DNA of 41,046 bases from Candidatus Margulisiibacteriota bacterium (GCA_041645285.1 JBAZQH010000002.1:1-41046); one strand, 5' to 3'; shown: positions 8,808 through 18,241, counted from the first letter of the stretch. Numbers and translations: made by a program. The notes: generated by a model from the sequence alone, not told the origin.

Positions 8808-9030
8808 GGCTCTCCCTTCCTTAATCTAGAATTGGAGCTCTCTTGCATTTTTGCTATATATATATCGAACAAAAACAGGAAAAATTGCAGAAAAAACCCT
8901 GCAAATTTTTGGAATCATTTCAACAATTTTGGGAATTCCGAAAAATAATCTCATCACAAAGTGAAATTTATCCGAAAAAAAATAGATGATATAACATAAG
9001 GACCGGGCAAAGCTAAAAGAATCGAGAATT

Positions 9031-9711
9031 ATGTTAACCAGCGGAATAACGCCAATTGTTTCTAACGCAATCACGGGGACCCCGGGTGCGCCTGGCCAGC
9101 TGCCAGTAAATTCTCAACGCATTGAAAAAGCAGTCCAGCTGATGCAAGCAGGACATATCAAACATGCAATGCGATTGCTTAAGGCCGTTTTACACTCCAA
9201 TCCCAACCTCCAAGACCAAATTAATGCCTATTATCTGCTGGCCATGCTGTATTTTGCTTCCGGCAAATCTAGGCAAACCGCAGAGCTTGCCGAAAAATAT
9301 CTGGCGGCACTCGAGAAAAACCCAACCAATCGCAACCTAAGGCAACAAGCGGACATTCAATTCATCCTAGCCGTATCCAGCTCGGCGCTGCAACTTGCAG
9401 CAATGTCGCGCGGTGACATCACTGCAACAAACCAATATATGGAAGAGGCCTACCAGCATTCTCACGCCTGCCTTCAGCTCAATCCCAACCAACCGGAATG
9501 CCTGGCAATTTTAGGAGACATTTACTCACAGTACGGTAACATAACTGCAGATTCAGCAGACAAAAAAGCAGATAAAACCCAGTGGTATACCCTGGCAAAA
9601 GATAATTTACAGAGGGCTTTTGCGCTCAACCCCACACTCGCCGCAAACCCCTACTATCAACAATCTCTCGCCACAGCACAAGCATATCTATCCCAACCAA
9701 ATCAACCATAG
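9031..9711 (+). CDS. Hypothetical TPR-like repeat protein (226 aa)
   Basis: Helical-repeat pattern (..AMRLLKAVLHSNPNLQDQINAYYLLAMLYFASGK.., ..CLQLNPNQPECLAILGDIYSQYGN.., ..RAFALNPTLAANPYY). No SD sequence and no signal peptide. Confidence 0.5.
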   Translation: MLTSGITPIVSNAITGTPGAPGQLPVNSQRIEKAVQLMQAGHIKHAMRLLKAVLHSNPNLQDQINAYYLLAMLYFASGKSRQTAELAEKYLAALEKNPTNRNLRQQADIQFILAVSSSALQLAAMSRGDITATNQYMEEAYQHSHACLQLNPNQPECLAILGDIYSQYGNITADSADKKADKTQWYTLAKDNLQRAFALNPTLAANPYYQQSLATAQAYLSQPNQP

Positions 9712-9723
9712 TTTTTTAATAAA

Positions 9724-10107
9724 TCACGCCGCAAAAGGAATTGTGACAACCACTGCTTCTTTTACTGGTTGAAATTTAACGCCTAGGGCAACTGTCCGTT
9801 CCAAACGTACAAATAATTCTTCCGCAGTGACCGCGCCTTTGGTTTTATCCAACGCCTCACTCCAGGTAGTCGGTTTATCCCCTTCCAATAAAACTTTCGC
9901 CGTACAGGTCCCGTCGGGATTTAGTGTCACTTCTAACATAATCCTGCCACTTGCGCCTGCTTGAGCTTGAGTCGTTAACATTGGCTTAACACAAGCTGTC
10001 GCCAAACGAATCAACTGTGCTTCATTCTCATAGATCGGCCGCACCTTTGGCTCAACTCCACCGCCAGCAGGTTGTCCTCCAACCGGAGAAACTGCTCCAT
10101 CTACCAT
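9724..10107 (-). CDS. Hypothetical protein (127 aa)
   Basis: ORF 36 nt downstream of the preceding minus-strand ORF. I recognise no family. Confidence 0.5.
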   Translation of the reverse strand: MVDGAVSPVGGQPAGGGVEPKVRPIYENEAQLIRLATACVKPMLTTQAQAGASGRIMLEVTLNPDGTCTAKVLLEGDKPTTWSEALDKTKGAVTAEELFVRLERTVALGVKFQPVKEAVVVTIPFAA

Positions 10108-10143
10108 TTTAACCGCCTCCTTTTAATATTCGAATCTTTCTCA

Positions 10144-10605
10144 TTAATTCCCCCACATCCCCCCATCCAAAAACTCGGGCGGAGCCAAATCATCGGGAGG
10201 GAAAAACTCATCTGTAAAAATTCCGGGAGCTTTTTCTCCCAGATACTCTTTTTCGGCCGGAAAGTAAGGCCGCAGGGTTTCTTCGGGCACAATGCGCATG
10301 ACACGGTGCTCGTTATACAGCTCAAAAATAGTATTTTCGCGCACGCCGTCTTTGTACAGCTTAAGGTAATCAAACAAAGCTACGTTAATATAAACGCGGC
10401 CATTTAAAAACAAAGTGGGCTCTTCGCTGTTGCAGGACAGCCGCATCAAGTAACCCTTGCCGGAAGCCATGGTCCGGCCACCCACAATTTCTTGATAAGA
10501 AACTTTACCGAGGTCGCGCAAAAGCAGCAGCATATCCTTTTTTTTGTAAACAATCCCATCGTTGATAATCAGAGGTAAACGCTTGTTGTTTTTTTCCTGC
10601 GCCAT
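10144..10605 (-). CDS. Hypothetical protein (153 aa), immediately downstream of trpF
   Basis: The ATG lies 12 nt after the trpF stop on the same strand. I recognise no family. Confidence 0.55.
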   Translation of the reverse strand: MAQEKNNKRLPLIINDGIVYKKKDMLLLLRDLGKVSYQEIVGGRTMASGKGYLMRLSCNSEEPTLFLNGRVYINVALFDYLKLYKDGVRENTIFELYNEHRVMRIVPEETLRPYFPAEKEYLGEKAPGIFTDEFFPPDDLAPPEFLDGGMWGN

Positions 10606-10617
10606 ACGGTTTTGATT

Positions 10618-11274
10618 CTAGCACTCTGATTTATTTTTCGCAAATCGAATAAACGCACGCAATGCGGGATACGATTTTTTGCCGGGGCGCAATTCCACCC
10701 CCGAGGCAACATCCACCACCGCTGGCCTGACAATTTTGATCGCCATGGCAACGTTAGCCGGCGTTAATCCGCCGGATAAAAATATGCGCGGGTAAAATTT
10801 ACGGGCATTTCGGGCTAACTGCCAGTTAAATTTTTCTCCGGTGCCGCCTCTGCCCTGCCTTGAATAAGCATCGAGCAAAACTGCAAATACCAGGCGATAT
10901 TTTTTGGCGCGTAAAACATCGTGCCGCGACCGCACACGCAGAGCTTTAATGATATTTAACGGAGCTTGCTTGTCGGCAATTTGTGCATGCAAGATTATCA
11001 ACTTTTTACAATAGGCCGGAGTTTCTTCGCCATGGAGTTGGGCATATTTTAAGCCGAGAGTAGCCGCAACTTTGGCCACGGTTTCGGCCTTTTCATTAAC
11101 AAATACCCCAACCCAATTATTAAAACGAGGAAATTTTTGGATAAGGCGGCAAGCTTGGCTAACCGTAACGTTGCGCGGGCTGGGAGCAAAAATCAAACCT
11201 AAAAAATCGGCGCCGGCCAAAAGCGCGGCGCGGGCATCCGCCACATTGGTGATTCCGCAGATTTTTACTTTCAT
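10618..11274 (-). CDS. trpF: Phosphoribosylanthranilate isomerase
   Basis: MKVKICGITN...DARAALLAGADFLGLIF...SPR is the canonical TrpF N-terminus. I prefer the ATG at 11274. The track start at 11307 is a TTG overlapping the trpC stop and remains possible. Confidence 0.85.
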   Translation of the reverse strand: MKVKICGITNVADARAALLAGADFLGLIFAPSPRNVTVSQACRLIQKFPRFNNWVGVFVNEKAETVAKVAATLGLKYAQLHGEETPAYCKKLIILHAQIADKQAPLNIIKALRVRSRHDVLRAKKYRLVFAVLLDAYSRQGRGGTGEKFNWQLARNARKFYPRIFLSGGLTPANVAMAIKIVRPAVVDVASGVELRPGKKSYPALRAFIRFAKNKSEC

Positions 11275-11303
11275 AACTTTTACGTGGGGCCCAACAGGTG
11301 CCG

Positions 11304-12080
11304 TCAAACCAGCAGTTCCCTTAGTTTAGCGGCCGGATCCGCCGCTTTGACCAAAACCTCTCCCAACAATACGCCGGAGACGCCGTTGGCTTTCAGGGCC
11401 TCAATCTCGTTTTTGCTGCGGATGCCGGATTCTGAAAGCACCACGCGTTCTTTCAATGCGGGAATTTTTTTGAGCAACAGCAAAGTATGCCGCACGTCGG
11501 CGCTAAAGGTTTGCAAATCACGGTTGTTGATGCCGATGATGTCGGCCTCGGTTTTTAGTGCAGTCGCCGCTTCTGCTTCGGAATGGATTTCAACTATGCT
11601 CTTCATCCCCAAACTTTTACAAATCGCGACAAATTGGACTAGCGTTGGCTCGTCCACAATCCGGGCAATCAATAACAGCGCATCCGCCCCCGCAATGCGC
11701 GACTCATAGATTTGCGCCTCGGAAATAATAAAATCCTTGCGCAAGACCGGGAGTTTTGAGGCAGATTTTACACGGCGGATATATTCTAAATTTCCTTTAA
11801 AAAACTCCCTTTCGGTAACCACTGAAATTGCGTCCGCTCCCCCGGCTTCGTACAACTTCGCAAAAGAAGCTGGATCCAGATCCGCGCGCAATATTCCTTT
11901 AGAGGGGGAGGCCTTTTTAATTTCGGCAATGGTGAAAAATTTATCTTTGGAAGAAGGGAAAGCAATCGGCGGCAAAACATTTTTTACCGCATTCTTTAAA
12001 AAACTCAGCGGCAGAACTGCGGCTTCTTTTTTCTTGGCGACCAATATGTCATCTAAAAACATGAGAGTATTATAGCGCAT
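11304..12080 (-). CDS. trpC: Indole-3-glycerol phosphate synthase
   Basis: FLDDILVAKKKE..., IAEIKKASPSKG, LRKDFI, ADALLLI and GINNRDL are TrpC motifs. The ATG at 12080 is preceded by AAGGTGGTGG. The ATG at 12062 is an alternative. Confidence 0.85.
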   Translation of the reverse strand: MRYNTLMFLDDILVAKKKEAAVLPLSFLKNAVKNVLPPIAFPSSKDKFFTIAEIKKASPSKGILRADLDPASFAKLYEAGGADAISVVTEREFFKGNLEYIRRVKSASKLPVLRKDFIISEAQIYESRIAGADALLLIARIVDEPTLVQFVAICKSLGMKSIVEIHSEAEAATALKTEADIIGINNRDLQTFSADVRHTLLLLKKIPALKERVVLSESGIRSKNEIEALKANGVSGVLLGEVLVKAADPAAKLRELLV

Positions 12081-12135
12081 AACCACCACCTTTGGCAGAT
12101 AGATAAAAATTAAACAAAACCTCATGCGGATAAGA

Positions 12136-12141
12136 TATAAT
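12136..12141 (+). promoter_or_regulatory. Candidate -10 box TATAAT, 8 nt upstream of the rsmH ATG
   Basis: A perfect hexamer, but with no convincing -35 box and no SD. Confidence 0.3.
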
Positions 12142-12149
12142 TTTATTTA

Positions 12150-13088
12150 ATGGACAATTCAACTATTTACCACATCCCCGCCCTCCTGCACGAAACGGTA
12201 GCTTTCTTAGCCCCGCGCCCGGGAAAATTATTTATTGACGGCACGCTGGGCGGTGGCGGGCATACGCAAGCACTGTTGGATGCAGGAGCAAAAGTTATCG
12301 GGCTGGACCGCGACCCGGAGGCCATTGAATTTTGCAAGAAAAAATTTGTCGGAAATAAAAACCTCAAACTCATGCACGGCAACTTTGCCCGCATCGACGA
12401 ATGTTTATCTTTAAGCGGGCCTTTTTCAAAAAAAGTGGACGGGATATTGCTTGACCTGGGGGTTTCGTCGCACCAAATTGATACGCCGGAGCGTGGTTTC
12501 AGCTACTCAACTGAAGGCCCGCTTGATATGCGCATGAATCAGGGCATTTCCGCCACCGCCAAGGGCATTTTAAACCGCGCCCCACAAGAAGAGCTGGAAA
12601 AAATCTTCCGCGACTTTGGAGAAGAGCGCTTTAGCCGCCAAATTGCACGCGGCGTGGCCTTGGGACGCAAGAAAAAATATATCGGCACCACCCTGCAGCT
12701 TGTGGAAATCATAAAACATGCGGTACCCGACAAAAACCCGGCCCACGTGCGCTCATCACTGGCGCGGATTTTCCAGTCCCTGCGCATTGCCGTCAACCAG
12801 GAGCTAAAAAATCTAGCAATGTTTCTGCCGCACGCCCTGTCAATACTAAAACCGCGCGGGCGGCTGTTGATAATTTCCTATCACTCACTGGAGGACAAAA
12901 TAGTCAAAGATTTTTTCCGTCGTGAAGCCCGGGATTGCATTTGCGACGCGCGCCTGCCCGCCTGCCTCTGCGACCATAAAAAAACCTTAAAAATCTTAAC
13001 TAAAAAACCTGTTACCGCCGAGCCAGCCGAGGTAAAATTAAACCCGCGCGCGACATCTGCTAAACTGCGCGCCGCAGAAAAGTTATAA
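12150..13088 (+). CDS. rsmH: 16S rRNA (cytosine1402-N4)-methyltransferase RsmH (MraW)
   Basis: HIPALLHE...DGTLGGGGH, DRD..A, GILLDLGVSSHQID..RGFS and SYHSLEDKIVK motifs. Confidence 0.9.
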   Translation: MDNSTIYHIPALLHETVAFLAPRPGKLFIDGTLGGGGHTQALLDAGAKVIGLDRDPEAIEFCKKKFVGNKNLKLMHGNFARIDECLSLSGPFSKKVDGILLDLGVSSHQIDTPERGFSYSTEGPLDMRMNQGISATAKGILNRAPQEELEKIFRDFGEERFSRQIARGVALGRKKKYIGTTLQLVEIIKHAVPDKNPAHVRSSLARIFQSLRIAVNQELKNLAMFLPHALSILKPRGRLLIISYHSLEDKIVKDFFRREARDCICDARLPACLCDHKKTLKILTKKPVTAEPAEVKLNPRATSAKLRAAEKL

Positions 13089-13089
13089 T

Positions 13090-13353
13090 ATGAAAATTGG
13101 CCGGGCAATCATCATTTTACTGTTCATGCTAACCCTGGCAATTATCCATTTGACCGTTTTTTCCAAAAGCATTGAAATCAACTACCAGGTTGAAGAACTG
13201 AAACAAAAATTTAACCGGCTCTTATCTGAAAACCGCTCGCTGGCCGCCGCCGTTTCAAGAAAGAACTCGCTGGATTATATTGATAAAATCGCGCAGGAAA
13301 AGCTGGGGATGGTTTATCCGGAAAAGCTGAAGTATCTAAAGAAAAACTACTAA
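13090..13353 (+). CDS. ftsL: Cell division protein FtsL-like
   Basis: The ATG lies 1 nt after the rsmH stop. It has a single TM helix, then a coiled coil, then ...IDKIAQEKLGMVYP, which is the typical FtsL C-terminus. The position after rsmH is conserved. Confidence 0.65.
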   Translation: MKIGRAIIILLFMLTLAIIHLTVFSKSIEINYQVEELKQKFNRLLSENRSLAAAVSRKNSLDYIDKIAQEKLGMVYPEKLKYLKKNY

Positions 13354-13382
13354 ATCTGCGCTGTGCAAAAACAGATAACTTC

Positions 13383-15824
13383 CTAATACAATTTTAGCTG
13401 ATTCAACTGGTTTTTATTGATTGCCGGCGCCAACCCATTTTCCAGTCCCAGCGTTTTAATCATGGTAGTGCTCAAGCCAGTTAAAAAACCGCTCTTCCGG
13501 CCGTAATAGACCAAAATCGGCTCACCGCGGATTTTGGCTATATCTTTGGCAACGTCAACCGCTTTCTGGAAACCGCCCAGTTTGTCAATTAATCCCAAAT
13601 CCAGCGCCTGTTTGCCGGTCAGAATCCGGCCGTCGGCAATGGCTTTAACTTCGGCTGTAGGCAAATCCCTGCCGGACACCACTTTTTGGACAAATTCATT
13701 ATAGGTTTCAAGCTGTAAGGCATGAATTGAAGCCACTTCTTCGCTGGTCAAGGCGCGGATGCCGGAAAACATGTCGGCATACTTTCCTTCTTTTACAATT
13801 TCTTTCTTCACGCCAATTTTATCGTATAAGCCCTGCAGTGCCGGGATTTGGCCGATGACCCCAATACTGCCCGTTATGGTAGCCGGATCCGCCACAATGG
13901 AGTTGGCAGCGCTGGCAATGTAATATCCGCCGGAAGCCGCCACGTCTCCCATAGAAGCCACCACCACTTTGCCTTTTTTGCGCGCTCGCACAATTTCCTG
14001 GTAAATTTGTCCCGCCGCCACCGCCGCCCCGCCCGGACTGCTGATGCGCAAAATTATGGCCTTAACCTGGGGATCGTCCACCGCATTGCGGATATTTTCC
14101 GTAATGGAGTCCGCCCCGGTCGCCTTCCCGCCAAAAAGCAGGTTTTCCCCGCTGCCGCCAAGAGTGATTTCGCCTTCAACCTCCACCACCGCAACCTTGT
14201 TAAAATACGAGAACAAATAATCCTGCAAATCCTTTTCCGCCATTAAATCGTCAGGCCCAATCAGTTTGATATCCTCTTTTGAATCCAAAATTTCTGCCGC
14301 AATCCGGGTCGCATCTTTATAATACCCAATTTCATCCACCAGGCCGATTTTCTTGGCTTCTGCTACCCCAATGATTTGGCCGTCGCCAATATCCTTAATT
14401 TTCGCAATATCAATTTTGCGATCTGCGGCAATATCGGTCAGCATCTGCCGCTGCAAATCAGTGACAATTCCCTGTAAAATCTTTCTCTGCCCTTCGGTCA
14501 AACCGTCTTTATTCATGGAAAAGGTATCTTTATTTTTCCCGATGGCAAATATCTGCCACTCAACTCCCAGCTTTTCGTAAAGGTCTTTGACGCGGGTAAT
14601 TTCAATTTTCCTGGAAAATCCCCCAAACGATGAGCCCTGCGGTGCAATAATCTTATCCGCCACGCTGATTAAGTAATAACCGTCTCCCAGGGCCGAATCC
14701 TCAACGTAGACCACTACCTTTTTCCCTTTGCCCTTAACTTCCTGCAGGGCATCCCGGATTTCCTGCACAATCGCGGTACCGCCCAAGCCCCCGCCAAAAT
14801 CAGAGGCCTTAATCATGACACCGGAAATTCCGCTGTCGCGCGCGGCCCGGCGCAATTTGACAATAATATTTTCCAATCCCTCGCTGTAGCCGCCCAGCAA
14901 ACTGTACTGGGAGCTGCCTCCGGCAACCCCGCCGCGCAAATCAATTTCCACGTATTCTTTGGGCCCAATCAACGACTGCACCCGCTCGGTGTCTTCCCCA
15001 AGCTTCAAACTGCCCCCAAACGACTGGATGGTTCCGGCCGCTCCTCCGCAGTTTTTCATCGCGTAATCAAGCGTCAATCCCAAAATTTGCATTGAGGCGC
15101 CGGCCGTCAAAAATCCCTGGCTGCTACCCACCCTGGCTTTTAACCCCTGGGTAAGCTCCAGTTCCATCCCAAAGTGGGTGAGATTTTCACTGCGGCGGGA
15201 AGAATCAATTTCAAGGTCGCCGGCAAAAATCATGCGGTCCATCAGCGGCAGCAGCGCTACTCCCACCCGCGCCGCAGATGGTGAAACAAAACCGTGCTCC
15301 GACGCAATGTCCTGCCCCACCAAACCGATCGACAACGACGGCATAATTTTAAGGAGAATTCCCAGATCTGCCGACCAACCCTCGCCGTCGCCCGAAGACA
15401 AATTCCAGCGGGCGGTCTTATAATTTACTCCCCACTTAAACCCCCCCGTCCCCTGACTGCCAAACCCGTACATATTAAATGACCCCGACTCCAACGATGT
15501 CGATAACCCGTAACTGGCATAGCCAAAGGGACCGAGTTTTAATAAGTCAAAGCGGCTGTAAGAATAGGTGCGGCGATCCAAATCCGTGTAGCCCAGTGAA
15601 TATTCAAATCCCTGACCCGACATGGCGGCCGGATTATAGAAAATAGCGCTGGCATCACCCTCAATGGCAGTCGCCGATCCCCCCATCCCCATCGCCCTAA
15701 TGCCCATGCCCTGCTTAAAAAGGTCGTCGGTTAAAGTGGCGTAAGCGGGAGAAAAGCAGCTAATAAACAAACAACTAATGACCAATACCTGACAACTAAA
15801 GTTTTTAAATTTTTGCTTTCCCAT
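13383..15824 (-). CDS. sppA: Fusion protein: N-terminal FadL/PorV-like outer-membrane beta-barrel plus tandem S49 signal peptide peptidase (SppA 67K type)
   Basis: Signal peptide, then GIRAMGMGGSATAIEGDASAIFYNPAAM and about 280 aa rich in aromatic/Gly beta-strand pattern. Two S49 domains follow; the second carries the nucleophile motif GDVAASGGYY. SD GGGAGGAAG lies upstream. Confidence 0.8.
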   Translation of the reverse strand: MGKQKFKNFSCQVLVISCLFISCFSPAYATLTDDLFKQGMGIRAMGMGGSATAIEGDASAIFYNPAAMSGQGFEYSLGYTDLDRRTYSYSRFDLLKLGPFGYASYGLSTSLESGSFNMYGFGSQGTGGFKWGVNYKTARWNLSSGDGEGWSADLGILLKIMPSLSIGLVGQDIASEHGFVSPSAARVGVALLPLMDRMIFAGDLEIDSSRRSENLTHFGMELELTQGLKARVGSSQGFLTAGASMQILGLTLDYAMKNCGGAAGTIQSFGGSLKLGEDTERVQSLIGPKEYVEIDLRGGVAGGSSQYSLLGGYSEGLENIIVKLRRAARDSGISGVMIKASDFGGGLGGTAIVQEIRDALQEVKGKGKKVVVYVEDSALGDGYYLISVADKIIAPQGSSFGGFSRKIEITRVKDLYEKLGVEWQIFAIGKNKDTFSMNKDGLTEGQRKILQGIVTDLQRQMLTDIAADRKIDIAKIKDIGDGQIIGVAEAKKIGLVDEIGYYKDATRIAAEILDSKEDIKLIGPDDLMAEKDLQDYLFSYFNKVAVVEVEGEITLGGSGENLLFGGKATGADSITENIRNAVDDPQVKAIILRISSPGGAAVAAGQIYQEIVRARKKGKVVVASMGDVAASGGYYIASAANSIVADPATITGSIGVIGQIPALQGLYDKIGVKKEIVKEGKYADMFSGIRALTSEEVASIHALQLETYNEFVQKVVSGRDLPTAEVKAIADGRILTGKQALDLGLIDKLGGFQKAVDVAKDIAKIRGEPILVYYGRKSGFLTGLSTTMIKTLGLENGLAPAINKNQLNQLKLY

Positions 15825-15836
15825 TCTTCCTCCCGC

Positions 15837-16667
15837 TTACAAACTAACCTTAAATCCAATCATTTGCAGGGCCGGCGCAGACCCGTCGCTACGTGCCGCC
15901 ATTAATGCATACTCAACCGCAACTACGGAAATACTAACCGCCGCTCCCGCAGTCCAGCGATTTTGGTCATAGCCGCCGCGCAACTTGAACCCGGGCGTAA
16001 CAATATTTTCCAGCCCGGCATGCCCGTAAATAGTTGGGCCGGCAGAGGACAGGACATCCCTGAACTCAAAATCAACCGTGCCCACCAATGACGGGAAAAA
16101 GCGGGAAGCAATTCCCACCCGCGCGCTGGCTGGTACTCCCGTATTTTCAATTATATCCTGTAATAATATTCCCCACCGCAAAGTGCGCGAAAAATTTCCG
16201 ATCAAACCGATATCGTAACCGTAGCCGGAACTTTCAGGGGAAGCCCCGCTGGTGTTGATATTTTTATAAGTCATCCCGTAGCTGATGCCGCCGGTTCCCT
16301 GCTTCCCCGCACTGTAAGCAAAAACCTCGGCTTTTTTTCCGGTGGTATCGGTCTTTTTCCAAAAACCATACCCGAACGAATTGGCGGCAAAAAAAGTATG
16401 CTCAAAATCGGTGCTTTCACGGTAATTCAGGTCGTTGTAGCCCTTTAAAAAACCGATTCCCTGCAGCGCCAGTCCCGCCGGGTTATAAAATACCGCGGAA
16501 GGATCATCCGCCAGTGCAGTAAAGGCGCCGCCCATCGAAGCCGCCCGCAACCCGACGCCGTTTTTCAAAATCGCCACCAATAAATCATCCGCCGCCCAAA
16601 CTAAATTTGAGAGCGCTAAAAGAAGTAATAAGGTCAGTACCGTTTTCTTGAACACCGCTTTCCTCAC
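15837..16667 (-). CDS. FadL/PorV-like outer-membrane beta-barrel protein (276 aa)
   Basis: Signal peptide (..LLLLLALSNLVWA), then GLRAASMGGAFTALADDPSAVFYNPAGL. The body shows alternating Gly/aromatic beta-strand character and ends in ..IGFKVSL. GTG start. It lies 12 nt upstream of the barrel-SppA gene. Confidence 0.6.
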   Translation of the reverse strand: MRKAVFKKTVLTLLLLLALSNLVWAADDLLVAILKNGVGLRAASMGGAFTALADDPSAVFYNPAGLALQGIGFLKGYNDLNYRESTDFEHTFFAANSFGYGFWKKTDTTGKKAEVFAYSAGKQGTGGISYGMTYKNINTSGASPESSGYGYDIGLIGNFSRTLRWGILLQDIIENTGVPASARVGIASRFFPSLVGTVDFEFRDVLSSAGPTIYGHAGLENIVTPGFKLRGGYDQNRWTAGAAVSISVVAVEYALMAARSDGSAPALQMIGFKVSL

Positions 16668-16747
16668 TTGCTGAAATTTGCAAGAAACAGGTATACTTGA
16701 TACAGTTAGATTGATTATACTTTATTAAAAAATCGTAAACAACAAAT

Positions 16748-18241
16748 ATGCACAACACTCAAGAAAAATCATTAAACCAAAGCGTCAGGGTGCGTTTTGC
16801 ACCCAGTCCCACCGGCGCCCTGCATTTAGGCGGGGGCCGGACTGCGCTGTTTAATTATCTCTTTGCCAAACACCACGGCGGCCAATTTATTTTACGCATT
16901 GAAGATACCGACCAGGGGCGCTCTACCGAGGAAGCAGTCAAAACCATATTAGAAGGATTGGAATGGCTGGGGATTTACTGGGACGAGGGGCCCAAAGTTG
17001 GCGGCTCCCATGAACCTTATTGCCAAACCGGGCGCCTTAATCTTTACCATAAATACGCCCATGATTTGCTGGCCGCTGGCCGGGCCTATTATTGTTATTG
17101 CACACCGGACGAGCTGGCCGCCGCCCGCGCCCAAGCCGAAAAAGAAAAAACCGCCCCCAAATACAGCGGCCGCTGCCGGACGCTATCGCCAGAGGAAGAA
17201 AAAGCGCATCACGCAAATAAACGCACACGGGTGTTGCGCTTTAAAACTCCGGAAAGCGGACAAACGGGTTTCCCTGACCTGTGCCGCGGAGAAGTAAAAT
17301 TTGAAAATGAATTACTGGATGATTTTATAATAATTAAATCGGACGGCTTTCCGACTTATAATTTTGCGGCCGTGATTGACGACCATTTGATGGAAATTTC
17401 ACACGTCATCCGCGGCGACGACCATATCTCAAATACCCCGCGCCAAATTCAGCTCTATTTAGCCCTGGGCTGGGAACCGCCTCAATTTGGCCATCTTCCC
17501 ATGATTTTGGGCAAAGACAAAGCCCGCCTGTCAAAGCGCCACGGCGCCAAATCGGTGACCGAATACGAAAAAGAAGGATTTTTGCCGGAAGCCATGGTGA
17601 ATTTTTTGGCGCGGCTGGGTTGGGGACACCTTGACCAAGAGATTTTTTCGCGGGAAGAGCTGGTGAAATTATTTACCTTGGGCAAAGTGGCCAAAAGCCC
17701 GGCGATTTTTGACGCGGACAAACTTATTTGGTTAAATAAACATTATATTGCCCAGGCCCTGCCCGAGCGCATTTTTGATCTGTGTCTGCCCTACCTCGAA
17801 AAGGCCTATCCGCATTTTAAGCTTCATGAAAAAGAGCCACAAGCCCTGCTTTATGCGGAAAAAGTGATTGCCCTGCTCAAAGACCGCCTGCAAACCATTC
17901 CCGATATTGTGCCGCTGTCAGAATATTTCTTTAACGAAGTAGAAGCTTACGAAGAAAAAGCACGCGCAAAGTATTTTAAGGGCGAAGCAACCGTTAAAAT
18001 ATTAAACGAACTCAAGACCGCGCTGGAAGCAACCGAACCATTTGACACAGCCAATATTGAAAAAGCTTTTAAGGGGTTGGCCGAAAAATTAGGCGTAAAG
18101 TTAGGCGAAATTATTCATCCGGCCCGCCTGGCACTCACCGGCCGCGGCGAATCGCCGGGGATTTATGCGGTGGTGGAGGTGGTGGGGAAGGAAAAAACAA
18201 TAAACCGCATCGCTAAAACCTTTGCCCTCGTCTTACAATAA
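16748..18241 (+). CDS. gltX: Glutamate--tRNA ligase
   Basis: RFAPSPTGALHLGG (HIGH region), RLSKRHG (KMSKS), and a CYC...C zinc motif. The full-length protein is 497 aa. Confidence 0.92.
   Translation: MHNTQEKSLNQSVRVRFAPSPTGALHLGGGRTALFNYLFAKHHGGQFILRIEDTDQGRSTEEAVKTILEGLEWLGIYWDEGPKVGGSHEPYCQTGRLNLYHKYAHDLLAAGRAYYCYCTPDELAAARAQAEKEKTAPKYSGRCRTLSPEEEKAHHANKRTRVLRFKTPESGQTGFPDLCRGEVKFENELLDDFIIIKSDGFPTYNFAAVIDDHLMEISHVIRGDDHISNTPRQIQLYLALGWEPPQFGHLPMILGKDKARLSKRHGAKSVTEYEKEGFLPEAMVNFLARLGWGHLDQEIFSREELVKLFTLGKVAKSPAIFDADKLIWLNKHYIAQALPERIFDLCLPYLEKAYPHFKLHEKEPQALLYAEKVIALLKDRLQTIPDIVPLSEYFFNEVEAYEEKARAKYFKGEATVKILNELKTALEATEPFDTANIEKAFKGLAEKLGVKLGEIIHPARLALTGRGESPGIYAVVEVVGKEKTINRIAKTFALVLQ

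Noticed and set aside
8826-9074. 82-aa ORF in the AT-rich spacer between the 109-aa ORF and the TPR-like gene
   Set aside because: It covers a divergent promoter region and overlaps the TPR-like gene's start. Its Phe/Ile-rich composition reflects AT-richness, and it has no SD.
11275-11307. TTG start for trpF overlapping the trpC stop (TTGA)
   Set aside because: It adds 11 non-conserved residues ahead of the canonical MKVKICGIT N-terminus, so I prefer the ATG at 11274. Translational coupling through the TTG cannot be excluded.
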